A stretch of DNA of 64,000 bases from Escherichia phage ECML-117. The stretch is from sequence record JX128258. One strand, given 5' to 3'. A model generated the notes under the pieces. It saw only the letters and a program-made list of their open reading frames with translations. It did not search any database and had not been told where the DNA came from. Positions 36,382-46,871 of the stretch are shown here, in pieces. Positions within the stretch are counted from its first letter, which is position 1. Each line of letters begins with the position of its first letter. The translations under genes and the position numbers were made by a program.

Positions 36382-37649
36382 GTGCACAATATTCTTACAT
36401 AGTAAGCACTGGTGTGATCACCATTGACACGGCAGATTTATTGGCTGATGTTCAAGGTGAATGGATTGAGTCTTTAGGGGTCGGGCTTGATGTTGATGCT
36501 TCGACGCCGCAAGGCACGCTAATCGCAACAGAGACATTGGCAAGAACTTCAGTGATGAAGAACAATGCCGAATTGGGAAGCCTCATCAACCCTAACTACT
36601 CATATGGAGTATACCTTGATGCAATCGCGGCGCTTCTTGGCATCGAGCGCACAAAGAATGTAAGCACAATGTTGAAAGGTGTGACTGCAGAGGGAACGCC
36701 TCTGCTGGAAATTCCTGCTGGAAGTCTTCTTACTGATTCAAATGGTACATACTGGTATGTGCTGGAAGACGTTCAAATCACTTCGACTGGCAAGACAAGT
36801 AATATGACTCTTGCGTCAAAAGATTATGGATCATTCACTGTTGCGCCTGATGAAGAGTTTACAGTGGTGCAAGGTTATGACGTCATCGGATGGTCAAGAA
36901 CTTATTCAACGTCGGCAACAACGACCGTGCCAGGAACACAATACATGAGCGACGGAGCATTAAAGGCCGCTCGCGTTAAGCGTCTTTACCAGCAGGGCAT
37001 TGCATCACTTGGTGCCATTCGCGCTCGCGCCATGTCGGTCGACGGTGTAGAATCTGTGATGGTCGTGGAGAACGACACAGGAGCGCCTGGAACGGTGCGC
37101 GGCATCACCTTCTCAACGCCTAACGGTGTTTGGGTGTGCGCAAGCGGAACATTTGACAAGCAAGTTTTTGCGGAGACGATATTCAAGGCGAAGATGGGCG
37201 GTCAACCTTGGGACTTTGGCGCTGCTAATCAAGGTGATCCGGTAAACTCTCCTGATGGAATCGAAGTGGTCGATGCAGAATCACAGCTGTCTTATTTCGT
37301 CAAATTCAACAATGCAGTGATATATGATTTGTATGTTGATATAACCGTTTCAAGAGGAACGGCTACCGCTGATGCTGAGTCTATCATTGCCGCTGTGCTG
37401 AATTACGGCAATGGCAATTTTAACGGTGAGCAGGGATATACAGTAGGTCAATCTCAATCTTCTTTTGAAATCGCTTCAGCAGTATCCTGTGAATATCCAG
37501 GACTTTATATCAAAGATTGCAAAATTGCAGCAGTCAAAAGCGGACAGGCAGCGCCAACTTATCCTTCCGATTATGGCAGCGAGTGGATTGCCAATCCATG
37601 GGATAAGGCCAATACTATGCGCGGCTTCATCAACGTTAAATTTGTGTGA
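36378..37649 (+). CDS. baseplate J-like wedge protein
   Basis: 423 aa; follows spike candidate; size and position typical of gpJ/gp6 family. Confidence 0.5.
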   Translation: MSAQYSYIVSTGVITIDTADLLADVQGEWIESLGVGLDVDASTPQGTLIATETLARTSVMKNNAELGSLINPNYSYGVYLDAIAALLGIERTKNVSTMLKGVTAEGTPLLEIPAGSLLTDSNGTYWYVLEDVQITSTGKTSNMTLASKDYGSFTVAPDEEFTVVQGYDVIGWSRTYSTSATTTVPGTQYMSDGALKAARVKRLYQQGIASLGAIRARAMSVDGVESVMVVENDTGAPGTVRGITFSTPNGVWVCASGTFDKQVFAETIFKAKMGGQPWDFGAANQGDPVNSPDGIEVVDAESQLSYFVKFNNAVIYDLYVDITVSRGTATADAESIIAAVLNYGNGNFNGEQGYTVGQSQSSFEIASAVSCEYPGLYIKDCKIAAVKSGQAAPTYPSDYGSEWIANPWDKANTMRGFINVKFV

Positions 37650-37655
37650 GGAACT

Positions 37656-40394
37656 ATGCAAAAGTTTGACACAAACCTGTTGCAAAACCTTAAGTGGATG
37701 CAGAACAACGCGCCAAACATCACATCTTTGGTTCAGAAGAAGAGTGACTGGTATGAGCGATATCAAGATCAGTTTTGGATTGACTGGTACAAGAACATAT
37801 TCAACATTGATACTTGTGATGCAATGGGCATCTATATTTGGTGTGACATACTATGCATACCAAGGGATTTTGTTGACTTAAGCAACTATGAGCACAACTG
37901 GGCATTTGGACCCACACGCGACAACTTCGAAGGGCCGGACAATATCGGCGGCAACTTCTTTGGTGCTGGCGGAAAGGTTGTGAAAAACATCGAAGAAGCC
38001 CGCATCCTTCTGAAGCTTCGTTATCTGACGCTTACAAGTGATGGCCGCATAGAAAGCATCAACCGTATGCTTAAGTGGATTTTCAACCGTGGAGAAGATT
38101 GGGATTACTCTTCATCGCGCTACGCATATGTGACAGATAATACTCAAGGCGCGGTGTCTTCTTCTGAAGCAACAAACGGCTCATTCCTTCTGTACGACTG
38201 GCAGGGGTCAACTGAGATTCAGCACGATTATAAACAAGTTCTTTTGAGCCACGGCAACAACGCAGGACTTACCATAAGTGGGGTGGCAGGGACCGTTTCG
38301 CGAATGGCACACCCAGACTGGTATTCATGGGGTAATGGTTCCGGCGCTGGTATTGTCGGCGGTGATACACGACAATATGGCGGCCCTGACTATTACGGCC
38401 AACTGTGCGGTGACTACCCAGGAGAGGCCATAGAGAATTTCGCCAACGCAGTACGGGTCATCAAGACCGCTTCCAGCGGCGAGCCTGTGTATTCTTTGGC
38501 CAATAATCCAAGCGCCAAATCTATTGCTCTTCCTTCTCAGGCTGGTGTAAACGTTTGCTATAGCTTCTACATAAAAGTGCTTTCTGAAAACGTGGCTTCT
38601 GTTTCCGTAACAGAGAACAGTGATGCATCGAGTAATGGAAAACTTTTCGACCCAGTGACTGGGCAGTTCAACCTTGACTCTTCTTTGAGTTATTTCATCA
38701 CAGGCAAGTTCGACGGTGTGAGAAGGGAATCAAACCGTGGTGGCATCAAGGCAATCGGCGGCGATTGGTACAGAATCTGGATTGTAGAGCAAACTGCAAA
38801 CGCGACGGCTGGGGTGAAAACAAGCTTTTCAATTGAGTTGAAAGCAACTGCCGCTGGATCAACCCAGACTCGCGAATTGCCTGAAGGGTCTGATGCGCTT
38901 CTTTTTGGATACTCCATTTGTGTTTGCGACCCTGTTCAAAATCCTAATGGACCTGAGCCTTATTTCTATGGGACTCAAAATCCTCCTGCAGATGGAACGG
39001 CAATCCTGTCTGTTACGGCAGGAACGCTCAACAACATATCTTGCGCAAACGGTCCGTTGACAACAAGGGATGGCGTGGTAGGTGAATCATTCATGCAGCC
39101 TGGTTCATCGCTTGCATACTCTGGTTCAATCGACGGCTACCCGTACCCAGGAAACGCAACATTGATTGCAGAGACTGACGGCATCAGACGCTCATGGAAC
39201 GTTAGCCGATTGGACGGCGTACCGCCGCCGCCGACCGCTGACTATTACATGGAATATGTCATCGGGCCTTATTTCGCCAACAACTTATCCGACAACTTTA
39301 AGACGCTAGTTGGCGACAGGAATGAAGGATTCTTGCCAGCAAATGCCGGAATACGTTGGCAGCTTTACCAAGAAGTCGCAGACTTATCTGATATTGATTT
39401 GACTGTCAGCAACATAACAGACACGCGAGTAGGATTCGAAACGGAAGGTGTCGCATGGATTAACACTGACGGCATCATCAGAGTTGGCGGCATAAACGAG
39501 TGGCCGTTGAACAACTTCAAAGGTGTTATACGACAGCTTGAATCTTTGAAAGGTGTGAACCAAGTTATCGACGGCGCACTTGTCAACGACTATTCAATCT
39601 CAAAAGCATCAAGAGATGACTTTGGTCGTGAAATCCCACGTGCCGCGATCACAAACTACTGGCGATACACACAACCCAATGACGGCACATCTTTTGGCAA
39701 TATCGTCAAGGACGGAGATAACACGGTAACGGCGACGCCAATCAGCGGTGTGCCCAACCAGTTCCCATCATTCAAGCTTTCCGCTACAATAGGGACTGTG
39801 CCAGCATCCGGCTATGCACGTGCTGTACTTGCTACTAAATACACTGGCAACCTGACTGGTCCTTTGTCATTTATCGCAATAGTTAAAAACAACACGGTAA
39901 ACGGTCAAAAACTTTTCGTAACCGTACCGGATGGTATGGGCGGCTATATCCCTAAATTCTACAGCATAGGCGCAGGTGATTTGCAACGTATCGAAATTGA
40001 CCTTGCCGCTGAGATTGTTGCAGGAACGACTTGGGATGGTTCGACAGGTGGAATCAGCATTGGTTTGATATCAGGGAAAGACTTGCCGACCGAAGTTGGT
40101 ACGACTCTTGAACTTGATATTTTAAGCTTGATGCTTGTTTCTGGTAATACGATGAATGCGCTTGCGATTTCAACAAGCGAAGACTTTGCAAAGAAAACTG
40201 CAACTTCTATATACATCAAAAACCCAGGGTCACTGGCGACTGGAGTTCAATTGATAGCTTCGAATGGGGATGTTGTAGCGACAGTAAACTTTCCAAGAAG
40301 TGCTGCTGGCGGTTATGTTTCAAGCATGAATATAACTGACTTAACTGGTGATTGGGCATCAACCCTTTTATCAAAAATTAAATACATCGTGTAG
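37656..40394 (+). CDS. large baseplate/tail fibre protein (912 aa)
   Basis: Track ORF; Gly/Thr/Ser-rich; precedes distal fibre gene. Confidence 0.55.
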   Translation: MQKFDTNLLQNLKWMQNNAPNITSLVQKKSDWYERYQDQFWIDWYKNIFNIDTCDAMGIYIWCDILCIPRDFVDLSNYEHNWAFGPTRDNFEGPDNIGGNFFGAGGKVVKNIEEARILLKLRYLTLTSDGRIESINRMLKWIFNRGEDWDYSSSRYAYVTDNTQGAVSSSEATNGSFLLYDWQGSTEIQHDYKQVLLSHGNNAGLTISGVAGTVSRMAHPDWYSWGNGSGAGIVGGDTRQYGGPDYYGQLCGDYPGEAIENFANAVRVIKTASSGEPVYSLANNPSAKSIALPSQAGVNVCYSFYIKVLSENVASVSVTENSDASSNGKLFDPVTGQFNLDSSLSYFITGKFDGVRRESNRGGIKAIGGDWYRIWIVEQTANATAGVKTSFSIELKATAAGSTQTRELPEGSDALLFGYSICVCDPVQNPNGPEPYFYGTQNPPADGTAILSVTAGTLNNISCANGPLTTRDGVVGESFMQPGSSLAYSGSIDGYPYPGNATLIAETDGIRRSWNVSRLDGVPPPPTADYYMEYVIGPYFANNLSDNFKTLVGDRNEGFLPANAGIRWQLYQEVADLSDIDLTVSNITDTRVGFETEGVAWINTDGIIRVGGINEWPLNNFKGVIRQLESLKGVNQVIDGALVNDYSISKASRDDFGREIPRAAITNYWRYTQPNDGTSFGNIVKDGDNTVTATPISGVPNQFPSFKLSATIGTVPASGYARAVLATKYTGNLTGPLSFIAIVKNNTVNGQKLFVTVPDGMGGYIPKFYSIGAGDLQRIEIDLAAEIVAGTTWDGSTGGISIGLISGKDLPTEVGTTLELDILSLMLVSGNTMNALAISTSEDFAKKTATSIYIKNPGSLATGVQLIASNGDVVATVNFPRSAAGGYVSSMNITDLTGDWASTLLSKIKYIV

Positions 40395-40404
40395 AGGAAC
40401 GGCA

Positions 40405-42189
40405 ATGCCAACACTTATTAACAGACCTTTCGCGCAAAGCGGTGATGTATCCGTGGTGCCGGATGCAAGCCCAAGCGGTTATGTGAACTTCCAGCGCGGC
40501 TACACTCCTGACTATGCGCTTGCGCTGGAGGCCGGAAACGTCGCCGCGAAAGCTGTTGAGCGCGAATCGATGAACTGGTTGCTGAATTTGATTACAGACA
40601 ACCTTATGTTTATTCAAGATCATGGCGCTCAACAATATTTCTCTTCTGACTTGAAGCCGGATGGATACCCGAAAAACGCCATTGTTGTCAGCAACTCTGG
40701 AACGCCTTCAGCACCTGAGTGGCGCATCTTTCAAAGCGTGGTCGACGGCAACACAAGCGCCGTACCAGCTAACGGAGAAACGGAATCTTGGCAGGAATTA
40801 ACACTGCCCAGCGAAGCGCGAAAATACATTCCTATGCCTGCTGGCGGCGATGCGCAAAACCCGTACTTCGTTCGCGGATTGATTTCAAGCTTTGTTGACT
40901 TCGATAATATTACGACTTCCACAACTATCGTCATTCAATCCGATGCCGTCGCCGCTCTTTGCTCTAACATCCCGAATGCGGTTGGCGCAACGAAGGTTGC
41001 AGGTCGACTGCAGGTCTGCGCTTGGCAGGTCAATGCGCAGACCTTTGCTTTGCAGCAATATACATCAATGAATGGCTATTTGTTTACTCGCTCTTATACT
41101 TCTGGTGCTTGGAGTGCTTGGATTCAAAATGCCACTGTTCAAGACGTGCAAATCGGAACTCCAAACCTTGCATCTGGTAAAGGCGCGCAAGATATAATCC
41201 TCACCGTTCCAGCAGGGTATTCATGGCCGCCTTCTGCGGGTAGTCGTTTGACCATCGTCAATGACGTGACTACTACCGGACCTGTCACCGTGACCATTGG
41301 TGTAAACAAAGTTGCCGTTCTTGGATTCGACGGCGGCGAGTTACCAGCTGGCGCTATCGTAGGCTTGTTGCCATTCACCATCATTTATGACGGCGCTGTT
41401 TGGCGTCTCCTTCAGGCATTTGGCGCGGCGCAAATCGGCGTTGATGCTACTGAGCCGCAACAGTTTGTTACAAAGCGCCAACTCGATGCTTTGGCTGCGA
41501 AGTTGATCACTATGGGTGACGTATTCGAAGTCGGTGAGACTCGATTCCTTACCAACGGAACCAACCCAAATACTAAACTGGGCGCTTACGGTCAGGTATG
41601 GACACGACTGCCTGATAACATGGTCATTAGAACATCTGGAACGTCGCGGAACGGTCTTGCCACTGGCGGCGCGGACTCTGTCACCCTTACCGCTGCCATG
41701 CTCCCTCTTCACAACCACAGCGTAAACATAACTACGCGTCAGAGCGGCCCATGGTCCAATACTACTGGAGATGCTGGAAATCACAACCACACAGGCGATA
41801 CCAGTCAGAACGGCGCTCACTCTCATGGTATGGATGCAGCAGGAAATCATTACCATGACAGCGGTTGGGGAGAGGCGTATGCGGACCAAGCGCGTTACGG
41901 AGTTTATGACGGTACTCACAACAACCTTGGGAGTGCAAGGTCTGATTATGATAACTACAAATACAACACTTCAACTAATGGCAACCACGTCCATAATATT
42001 CAATCTTCTGGATCACACACTCATGGTTTGAATATAAATTACGCTGGCAATCACAGCCATGGCTATACCCTTCCCGCTCACACTCACGATGTGGTCGGTA
42101 ATACTGGCGATGCAGGGCAGTCGGTGCCAACGGCTGTTGCGACTTTGCCGCGATACGTTGTTTTGAATGGCTGGTACAGAAGCGCATAA
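40405..42189 (+). CDS. tail fibre with His-x-His repeat tip
   Basis: In frame with track ORF 40348..42189; ATG at 40405 after GAGGAACGG; C-terminal GNHNHTGD, GAHSHG, GNHYHD, GNHVHN, GSHTHG, GNHSHG, AHTHD repeats as in metal-binding fibre tips. Confidence 0.65.
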   Translation: MPTLINRPFAQSGDVSVVPDASPSGYVNFQRGYTPDYALALEAGNVAAKAVERESMNWLLNLITDNLMFIQDHGAQQYFSSDLKPDGYPKNAIVVSNSGTPSAPEWRIFQSVVDGNTSAVPANGETESWQELTLPSEARKYIPMPAGGDAQNPYFVRGLISSFVDFDNITTSTTIVIQSDAVAALCSNIPNAVGATKVAGRLQVCAWQVNAQTFALQQYTSMNGYLFTRSYTSGAWSAWIQNATVQDVQIGTPNLASGKGAQDIILTVPAGYSWPPSAGSRLTIVNDVTTTGPVTVTIGVNKVAVLGFDGGELPAGAIVGLLPFTIIYDGAVWRLLQAFGAAQIGVDATEPQQFVTKRQLDALAAKLITMGDVFEVGETRFLTNGTNPNTKLGAYGQVWTRLPDNMVIRTSGTSRNGLATGGADSVTLTAAMLPLHNHSVNITTRQSGPWSNTTGDAGNHNHTGDTSQNGAHSHGMDAAGNHYHDSGWGEAYADQARYGVYDGTHNNLGSARSDYDNYKYNTSTNGNHVHNIQSSGSHTHGLNINYAGNHSHGYTLPAHTHDVVGNTGDAGQSVPTAVATLPRYVVLNGWYRSA

Positions 42190-42197
42190 GGTGATTT

Positions 42198-42842
42198 ATG
42201 ATTAATGCAAACGTAATATCTAAAGGGACCGGATGCAGCATGGATGTTGCAGAGAAATGGGTGGACCCTTTCAAGCAGGCTTGTGAGCACTACGGAATCA
42301 AAAGCAAGAATGCCATCGCGGCATTCCTTGCAAATGTAGGAGTAGAGACAGGCAGCTTGAAGACATTTGTGGAAAATCTCAATTACTCCGCTCAAGGTCT
42401 TGCCAATACATGGCCTAGTCGTTACAGCGTCAACGGTCGCTCTGGAAGCGCCCCGAACTCATTGGCCCTGTCTATTGCCCGTAAACCTGTGGAAATCGCC
42501 AATAATACATATGCAAACCGCATGGGCAACGGTTCAGTAGCATCTGGCGACGGTTGGAAGTACCGTGGCCGTGGTGCCATTCAGCTGACTGGTAAGGCGA
42601 ACTATGCGGAATATACGCGCCAATCAGGTTATGATGCATTGAACAATCCTGATATTCTGACTGAACCAAAATACATCGCTGACAGCGCGGCATGGTTCTT
42701 TAAGAATAGCGGCTGTATTCCTCTTGCGGATGCAGGAAATTTTGATTCAACCGTTAAGCGGATTAACGGGGCCGCGCCGAACGCAGCAAACCACGGTGAG
42801 TTGCGAAGAAAGCGTTACAAAGATGCACTAGCAGTTATGTAA
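42198..42842 (+). CDS. endolysin, glycoside hydrolase family 19-like
   Basis: 214 aa; AAFLANVGVETG and YRGRGAIQLTGKANY motifs typical of GH19 phage lysozymes. Confidence 0.7.
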   Translation: MINANVISKGTGCSMDVAEKWVDPFKQACEHYGIKSKNAIAAFLANVGVETGSLKTFVENLNYSAQGLANTWPSRYSVNGRSGSAPNSLALSIARKPVEIANNTYANRMGNGSVASGDGWKYRGRGAIQLTGKANYAEYTRQSGYDALNNPDILTEPKYIADSAAWFFKNSGCIPLADAGNFDSTVKRINGAAPNAANHGELRRKRYKDALAVM

Positions 42843-42848
42843 GAAAAA

Positions 42849-42875
42849 GGCCCATATGGGCCTTTGTTTATTTTA
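42849..42875. terminator. bidirectional rho-independent terminator (GGCCC-atat-GGGCC)
   Basis: Palindrome flanked by A-tract upstream and TTTGTTTATTTT downstream, between convergent genes. Confidence 0.6.
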
Positions 42876-43098
42876 CGGCTTCAACTTGGACGGGCGGAGC
42901 GGAACTTGTATCAATGTCTGGTAAGTCGAAATAATACCCCGCCATACCAATTGCACCCACAATCGCGGCCCGTGCCACCTTGTTGCTAATTGACTCCCCA
43001 ATAAGCTTTACCAACAGGGACAAGATTTGAGACGTCAAAGCCTTTTTCAGCCTTTTGTTTTCTTCCAAATCTTTCTGCATAACTACCACCCATGTCAA
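42868..43098 (-). CDS. small membrane protein (76 aa), possibly holin-like
   Basis: Track ORF; one hydrophobic segment AAIVGAIGMAGYYF. Confidence 0.35.
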   Translation of the reverse strand: MTWVVVMQKDLEENKRLKKALTSQILSLLVKLIGESISNKVARAAIVGAIGMAGYYFDLPDIDTSSAPPVQVEAVK

Positions 43099-43637
43099 CG
43101 CACTTCCTGTGTCTTAACATTACCTGAAGCATCTCTCAAGGGCAGTGGATAGTAGGCCATTTGGTAGTCTGATACGCCTTCAATGTGATAAAACACGATT
43201 ACGTCTTTGCTGTTGATGAGCATGTTAACGACATCTGATTTATCTTCTGGAGTGAGTATTAGTGCGCCGCCTGTCCTGCTGTCTACTGCAACAGGGTATG
43301 TCTTGTCGACAAGGCCGCTGTCCAATGTATTATACCTGACAACGATTTCAGGGGCATCAACTTTTGCCATTGACATTCCGAACACAAACGACACGACTTG
43401 TCGACCGCGATCATTCATTACGCACATCTTTTCTTTGTCAAATCTTTCTTTTATTACGTCGTATTTGTTCCAGCAGAACTCAAAGGATTGCCCATTGTTG
43501 AAATATCTCGTCAAAACTTTCGCAATTCCATTCGGCGGAGTAAACATATTTTCAGCCGATGCAGTCTTGGTGAAGAATATAACTGTCAGCATGGCCATGA
43601 TGATGATCAAAACAATCTTTAATTTGTTAGCTTTCAT
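43095..43637 (-). CDS. secreted/periplasmic protein (180 aa)
   Basis: N-terminal signal-like MKANKLKIVLIIIMAMLTVIFFTKTASA. Confidence 0.5.
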   Translation of the reverse strand: MKANKLKIVLIIIMAMLTVIFFTKTASAENMFTPPNGIAKVLTRYFNNGQSFEFCWNKYDVIKERFDKEKMCVMNDRGRQVVSFVFGMSMAKVDAPEIVVRYNTLDSGLVDKTYPVAVDSRTGGALILTPEDKSDVVNMLINSKDVIVFYHIEGVSDYQMAYYPLPLRDASGNVKTQEVR

Positions 43638-43710
43638 TATAATTCACCTTTTGATTATGAATATTAATAGTATAGGCTTAAGGTTTTGAAAGTAAATACG
43701 CCGAAAGTAA

Positions 43711-43739
43711 ATAAAAGAAAAGCCGGAAATTTCCGGCTT
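43711..43739 (-). terminator. rho-independent terminator after ligase gene
   Basis: Perfect palindrome AGCCGGAAATTTCCGGCT followed on the minus strand by TTTCTTTT. Confidence 0.5.
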
Positions 43740-43811
43740 ATGTATACACTGTATATTAAATTCTATAAAACGGCGCGATAGATTATACGCAACAATTATT
43801 TATCCAGTGTG

Positions 43812-44786
43812 TTAAAAATACTCCATATCGGTAATATCACGGAAGCACTTATACAAGGCAGAGCGCGGCACGTCAACGATGCCAAAGTTAAAGAATTTAT
43901 ATGTCAGATATTTGTTGCGATAGTTCTCGCGATTCTCCCAAAGCATTTTTCTCTCTGCCATAGGCATTGAACCAGCGGAGACGCGGAAAGGAATCATTTC
44001 GCCTTTCTCATCAACATATTTTGGATTGACAACCACAAATGATCCAAGGTATCCTTTCGCAACTAAGCCTTCAGCCTCTTTCGAACGCTTAGTGCGACCC
44101 AACTCATCAATGAATGCCTCGTTGTTGTTCTCCATCATCTCAACGAAGTCTATGATCAATCCTTCTTCATCGGTCCACGGCTTGTCCTTCCACACATCAC
44201 GTGACTTTGGCGTCGCGCGGCCATGCTTGTATTTGCCCGTCCAAGACTTGCCATACAAGCCTTCATAGCCAAGCTGGTCTGCTTCGATTTGCATTGCCGC
44301 GTACTGTTCCATATTTTCGATGTTTCGATATTCGAGAGCGCGAAGGAATGGGCGTCGACCATGGTTGATGAGGTGCTGATTGACTTCAGCAACTCTAGCG
44401 CGATAGTTTGCATAACGCTTTTCAAAAGGCAAATCAGGGTCGCTGAAGTCATCAAACACCCACCATGTAAAGTTAGTGATTGCATCAGTATTCATGCAGG
44501 CTGTATAGGCTTGCTGCATGACGTTCTTGTCGTTCGGATTGCCGTCAATAAGCTCTCCATCAAGGCCATGAATCAATTCACCCAAAAAGAGGAACTCTTT
44601 TTTGATTTGAATGTTGCGCAGAGCCATGCCGGACGTGCCCATTGGCAAGTTGTCATACGCCATCGCGCGTATGCCATCGACCTTGAAGGACAACCCGCAA
44701 GGCAGCGGCACATCTTCGCCGCGCTCGATAATTTGCTTACGCTGGCAACCCTTCATTGGTTTTAATGCTTTGATTTCCCCTGCCAT
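43812..44786 (-). CDS. ATP-dependent DNA ligase
   Basis: 324 aa; adenylation motif I FKVDGIRAM (KxDG). Confidence 0.7.
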   Translation of the reverse strand: MAGEIKALKPMKGCQRKQIIERGEDVPLPCGLSFKVDGIRAMAYDNLPMGTSGMALRNIQIKKEFLFLGELIHGLDGELIDGNPNDKNVMQQAYTACMNTDAITNFTWWVFDDFSDPDLPFEKRYANYRARVAEVNQHLINHGRRPFLRALEYRNIENMEQYAAMQIEADQLGYEGLYGKSWTGKYKHGRATPKSRDVWKDKPWTDEEGLIIDFVEMMENNNEAFIDELGRTKRSKEAEGLVAKGYLGSFVVVNPKYVDEKGEMIPFRVSAGSMPMAERKMLWENRENYRNKYLTYKFFNFGIVDVPRSALYKCFRDITDMEYF

Positions 44787-45379
44787 TATTCGCGACCCTC
44801 ATTCATTACTTGTTCCATTGCGTAGGCATAAGCCTGATCAGTCGATTTGATGAACGTGCCGTTGTACATCACCCCTTTACGGTCCTTGATGTCTTCATAG
44901 GCGGCTTGAGCGCAATCAGAAAGTCGAAGTCCATAATCATGCGCTACGCCGGAAAGATAATCCACAGCGGCCATGATGGTGACATCAATATCCATGCTCT
45001 GATTTTTAGCAATGGCGTCGCCAAGTCGTCCGAGCGTCTTTGCCAAGCGAAGGATAAAGGAATGAGGGTGAGCGCCTTTGTCAGCGCAACCGCCGCCGTT
45101 AATGTCTTCGATTTTTGCGCCATTTTGCGCGGCAAGAATAGTTAACACAACAAGGCAATCGCCGATGTCGTCCTTGATGGCGGCTTGTAAATCACAGATG
45201 GCCTGCTCTGTATATCCGATTTCAGGGTCAAAGAACACAAGGTCATGTAATTGATCAACGTGGTCGGTCAACTCCCCAAACTCGCTAATAAGCTTCGGGT
45301 ATTGGTCTTTAAGGCCGCAACCTTTGATGATGTTACGGTCAGAAGCCCACTGGCGAATGTTTGCATAAATCTGGTTCAT
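44786..45379 (-). CDS. MazG-like nucleotide pyrophosphohydrolase candidate
   Basis: 197 aa all-helical; EFGELTDH and DIGDCLVVLTILAA segments resembling MazG metal-binding helices. Confidence 0.45.
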   Translation of the reverse strand: MNQIYANIRQWASDRNIIKGCGLKDQYPKLISEFGELTDHVDQLHDLVFFDPEIGYTEQAICDLQAAIKDDIGDCLVVLTILAAQNGAKIEDINGGGCADKGAHPHSFILRLAKTLGRLGDAIAKNQSMDIDVTIMAAVDYLSGVAHDYGLRLSDCAQAAYEDIKDRKGVMYNGTFIKSTDQAYAYAMEQVMNEGRE

Positions 45380-45894
45380 TTATTTTCCTTTGATGCGTTG
45401 AATTGGTCGATTTTAATTTTAGCCTGATTATAAGTATCAATCAAGCTATTAACTTTCTCTTTTAATCGGTTCGTTTCTGCGGCGAACTGAACAAGAAATC
45501 GGACATCCTCTTCTGATAGTCCACAGTTTCCTTCTGGGATAGAGAGGCGTCCAGTGGTCGCAGAGTCGGGCACACTCCTGAGTAATTCACGGGAGCAGCT
45601 GAGTTGCTCGCGCAGCTTGATATTCCCAGACTTGTAACGAGCAATAGTGTCATCAGCAACCAGTTGCGCTTCCTGGCGACCCTTCTCATATGCCGATGCC
45701 GATTCAACCTGTAAAGATGCAATTTGCTCTTCGAGTGCATTTATCTTGTCCTTACGCTCATTAAGCGATGTCAGATATTGATTATCCTTGGCCAGTGATG
45801 CGTTGGTTTGCTGAAGGTCTTCAACGTATGATCCAGCGGCGAACGCGCCAACAAGGGCCAGAATTTTCAGAAGCGGCACAATTCTTTCTATCAT
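45376..45894 (-). CDS. Rz: i-spanin (Rz-like)
   Basis: 172 aa; N-terminal transmembrane segment then coiled coil; contains an embedded out-of-frame lipoprotein ORF. Confidence 0.6.
   Translation of the reverse strand: MIERIVPLLKILALVGAFAAGSYVEDLQQTNASLAKDNQYLTSLNERKDKINALEEQIASLQVESASAYEKGRQEAQLVADDTIARYKSGNIKLREQLSCSRELLRSVPDSATTGRLSIPEGNCGLSEEDVRFLVQFAAETNRLKEKVNSLIDTYNQAKIKIDQFNASKENK
45462..45653 (-). CDS. Rz1: o-spanin (Rz1-like), embedded in Rz gene
   Basis: Out-of-frame ORF wholly inside 45376..45894; MTLLLVTSLGISSC lipobox-like signal; Pro-containing mature part. Confidence 0.5.
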   Translation of the reverse strand: MTLLLVTSLGISSCASNSAAPVNYSGVCPTLRPLDASLSQKETVDYQKRMSDFLFSSPQKRTD

Positions 45895-45951
45895 GATGCA
45901 CCAGATAAATAAAAGGCCGCCAATCGGCAGCCTTGTTGATTTGATTGTCGA

Positions 45952-46812
45952 TTAAAACTCTTCTGCGTCAGTCGGAGTTTCGTTGACAGGACCAGCGGCA
46001 CCGCTTGCTTCTTCCTGCTTGCTGCGGTCAATGTTAACGTTGCCGCCAACTACGTCGTTGTGGAATGCTTTGGCGACTTCATACAGACCTTTGTCCTGCA
46101 CCAGACCTTCCAGCTCAAACTTCAGAACTGACCAGGTGTTGCCGTCTTTGGACTGAGACGCAGTACCCATGCGAACGATGTTCATAAAGGTCGGCGGAGT
46201 TTTCAGGCCCTGCGGAGTCTGAACTTTCTTCTGCTGCAGAGCGGTCATCAGCATGCGAGACGGCTTGATCATGGAAGAAGTCAGAGACAGCATTGCGCTA
46301 CCAAATTCACCAGTTTCTTCGTTTAACAGGATCACAAAGTGGTTACGTGTATCTGCGTAGTAAGGTGATTTCTTCTCGTGCACTTTGCCGTTTTCATCCG
46401 GCACAAACACCTTACCGTTGATCTCAACAGCGCGGCCTGCCGCGACTTCTGCATCAACGTGCTCTTTGGTGAATTCACCTTTAAAGCCTTTATCGTCTGA
46501 CTCGCGACCGCCCCAAAGGATGAAGGTGCGTTTGAATGCGCAAGGGATGATCTGCACGCCTTTCTTGCCGTCATACAACTCACCAGTAACTGTGTTGTAC
46601 AGCATACCAGCTTTTGCGCCAGGCACGTGTTTTGGATCATCTTCGTCGACCATCGGAGACATCTTTTGCAGTACAACGATAAAAGGAATGGCATAAGCGT
46701 CGGCATCGGCACCTTCAAAACCAGCGCCAAAATCGGTCATATCGACAAAATCAGCCATAGCGGACATCTGGGTGTTTTTCACTGCAACTTCGGTAGTTTC
46801 TTTCTTAGACAT
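45952..46812 (-). CDS. putative ssDNA-binding/annealing protein with acidic C-terminal tail
   Basis: 286 aa; C-terminus NETPTDAEEF as in phage SSB tails; call is tentative. Confidence 0.3.
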   Translation of the reverse strand: MSKKETTEVAVKNTQMSAMADFVDMTDFGAGFEGADADAYAIPFIVVLQKMSPMVDEDDPKHVPGAKAGMLYNTVTGELYDGKKGVQIIPCAFKRTFILWGGRESDDKGFKGEFTKEHVDAEVAAGRAVEINGKVFVPDENGKVHEKKSPYYADTRNHFVILLNEETGEFGSAMLSLTSSMIKPSRMLMTALQQKKVQTPQGLKTPPTFMNIVRMGTASQSKDGNTWSVLKFELEGLVQDKGLYEVAKAFHNDVVGGNVNIDRSKQEEASGAAGPVNETPTDAEEF

Positions 46813-46871
46813 TTGATGTTTTCCTATAGTATCAAGTTTCGTGGCAACCTGATTTCAAGATAAAGGTTAAA

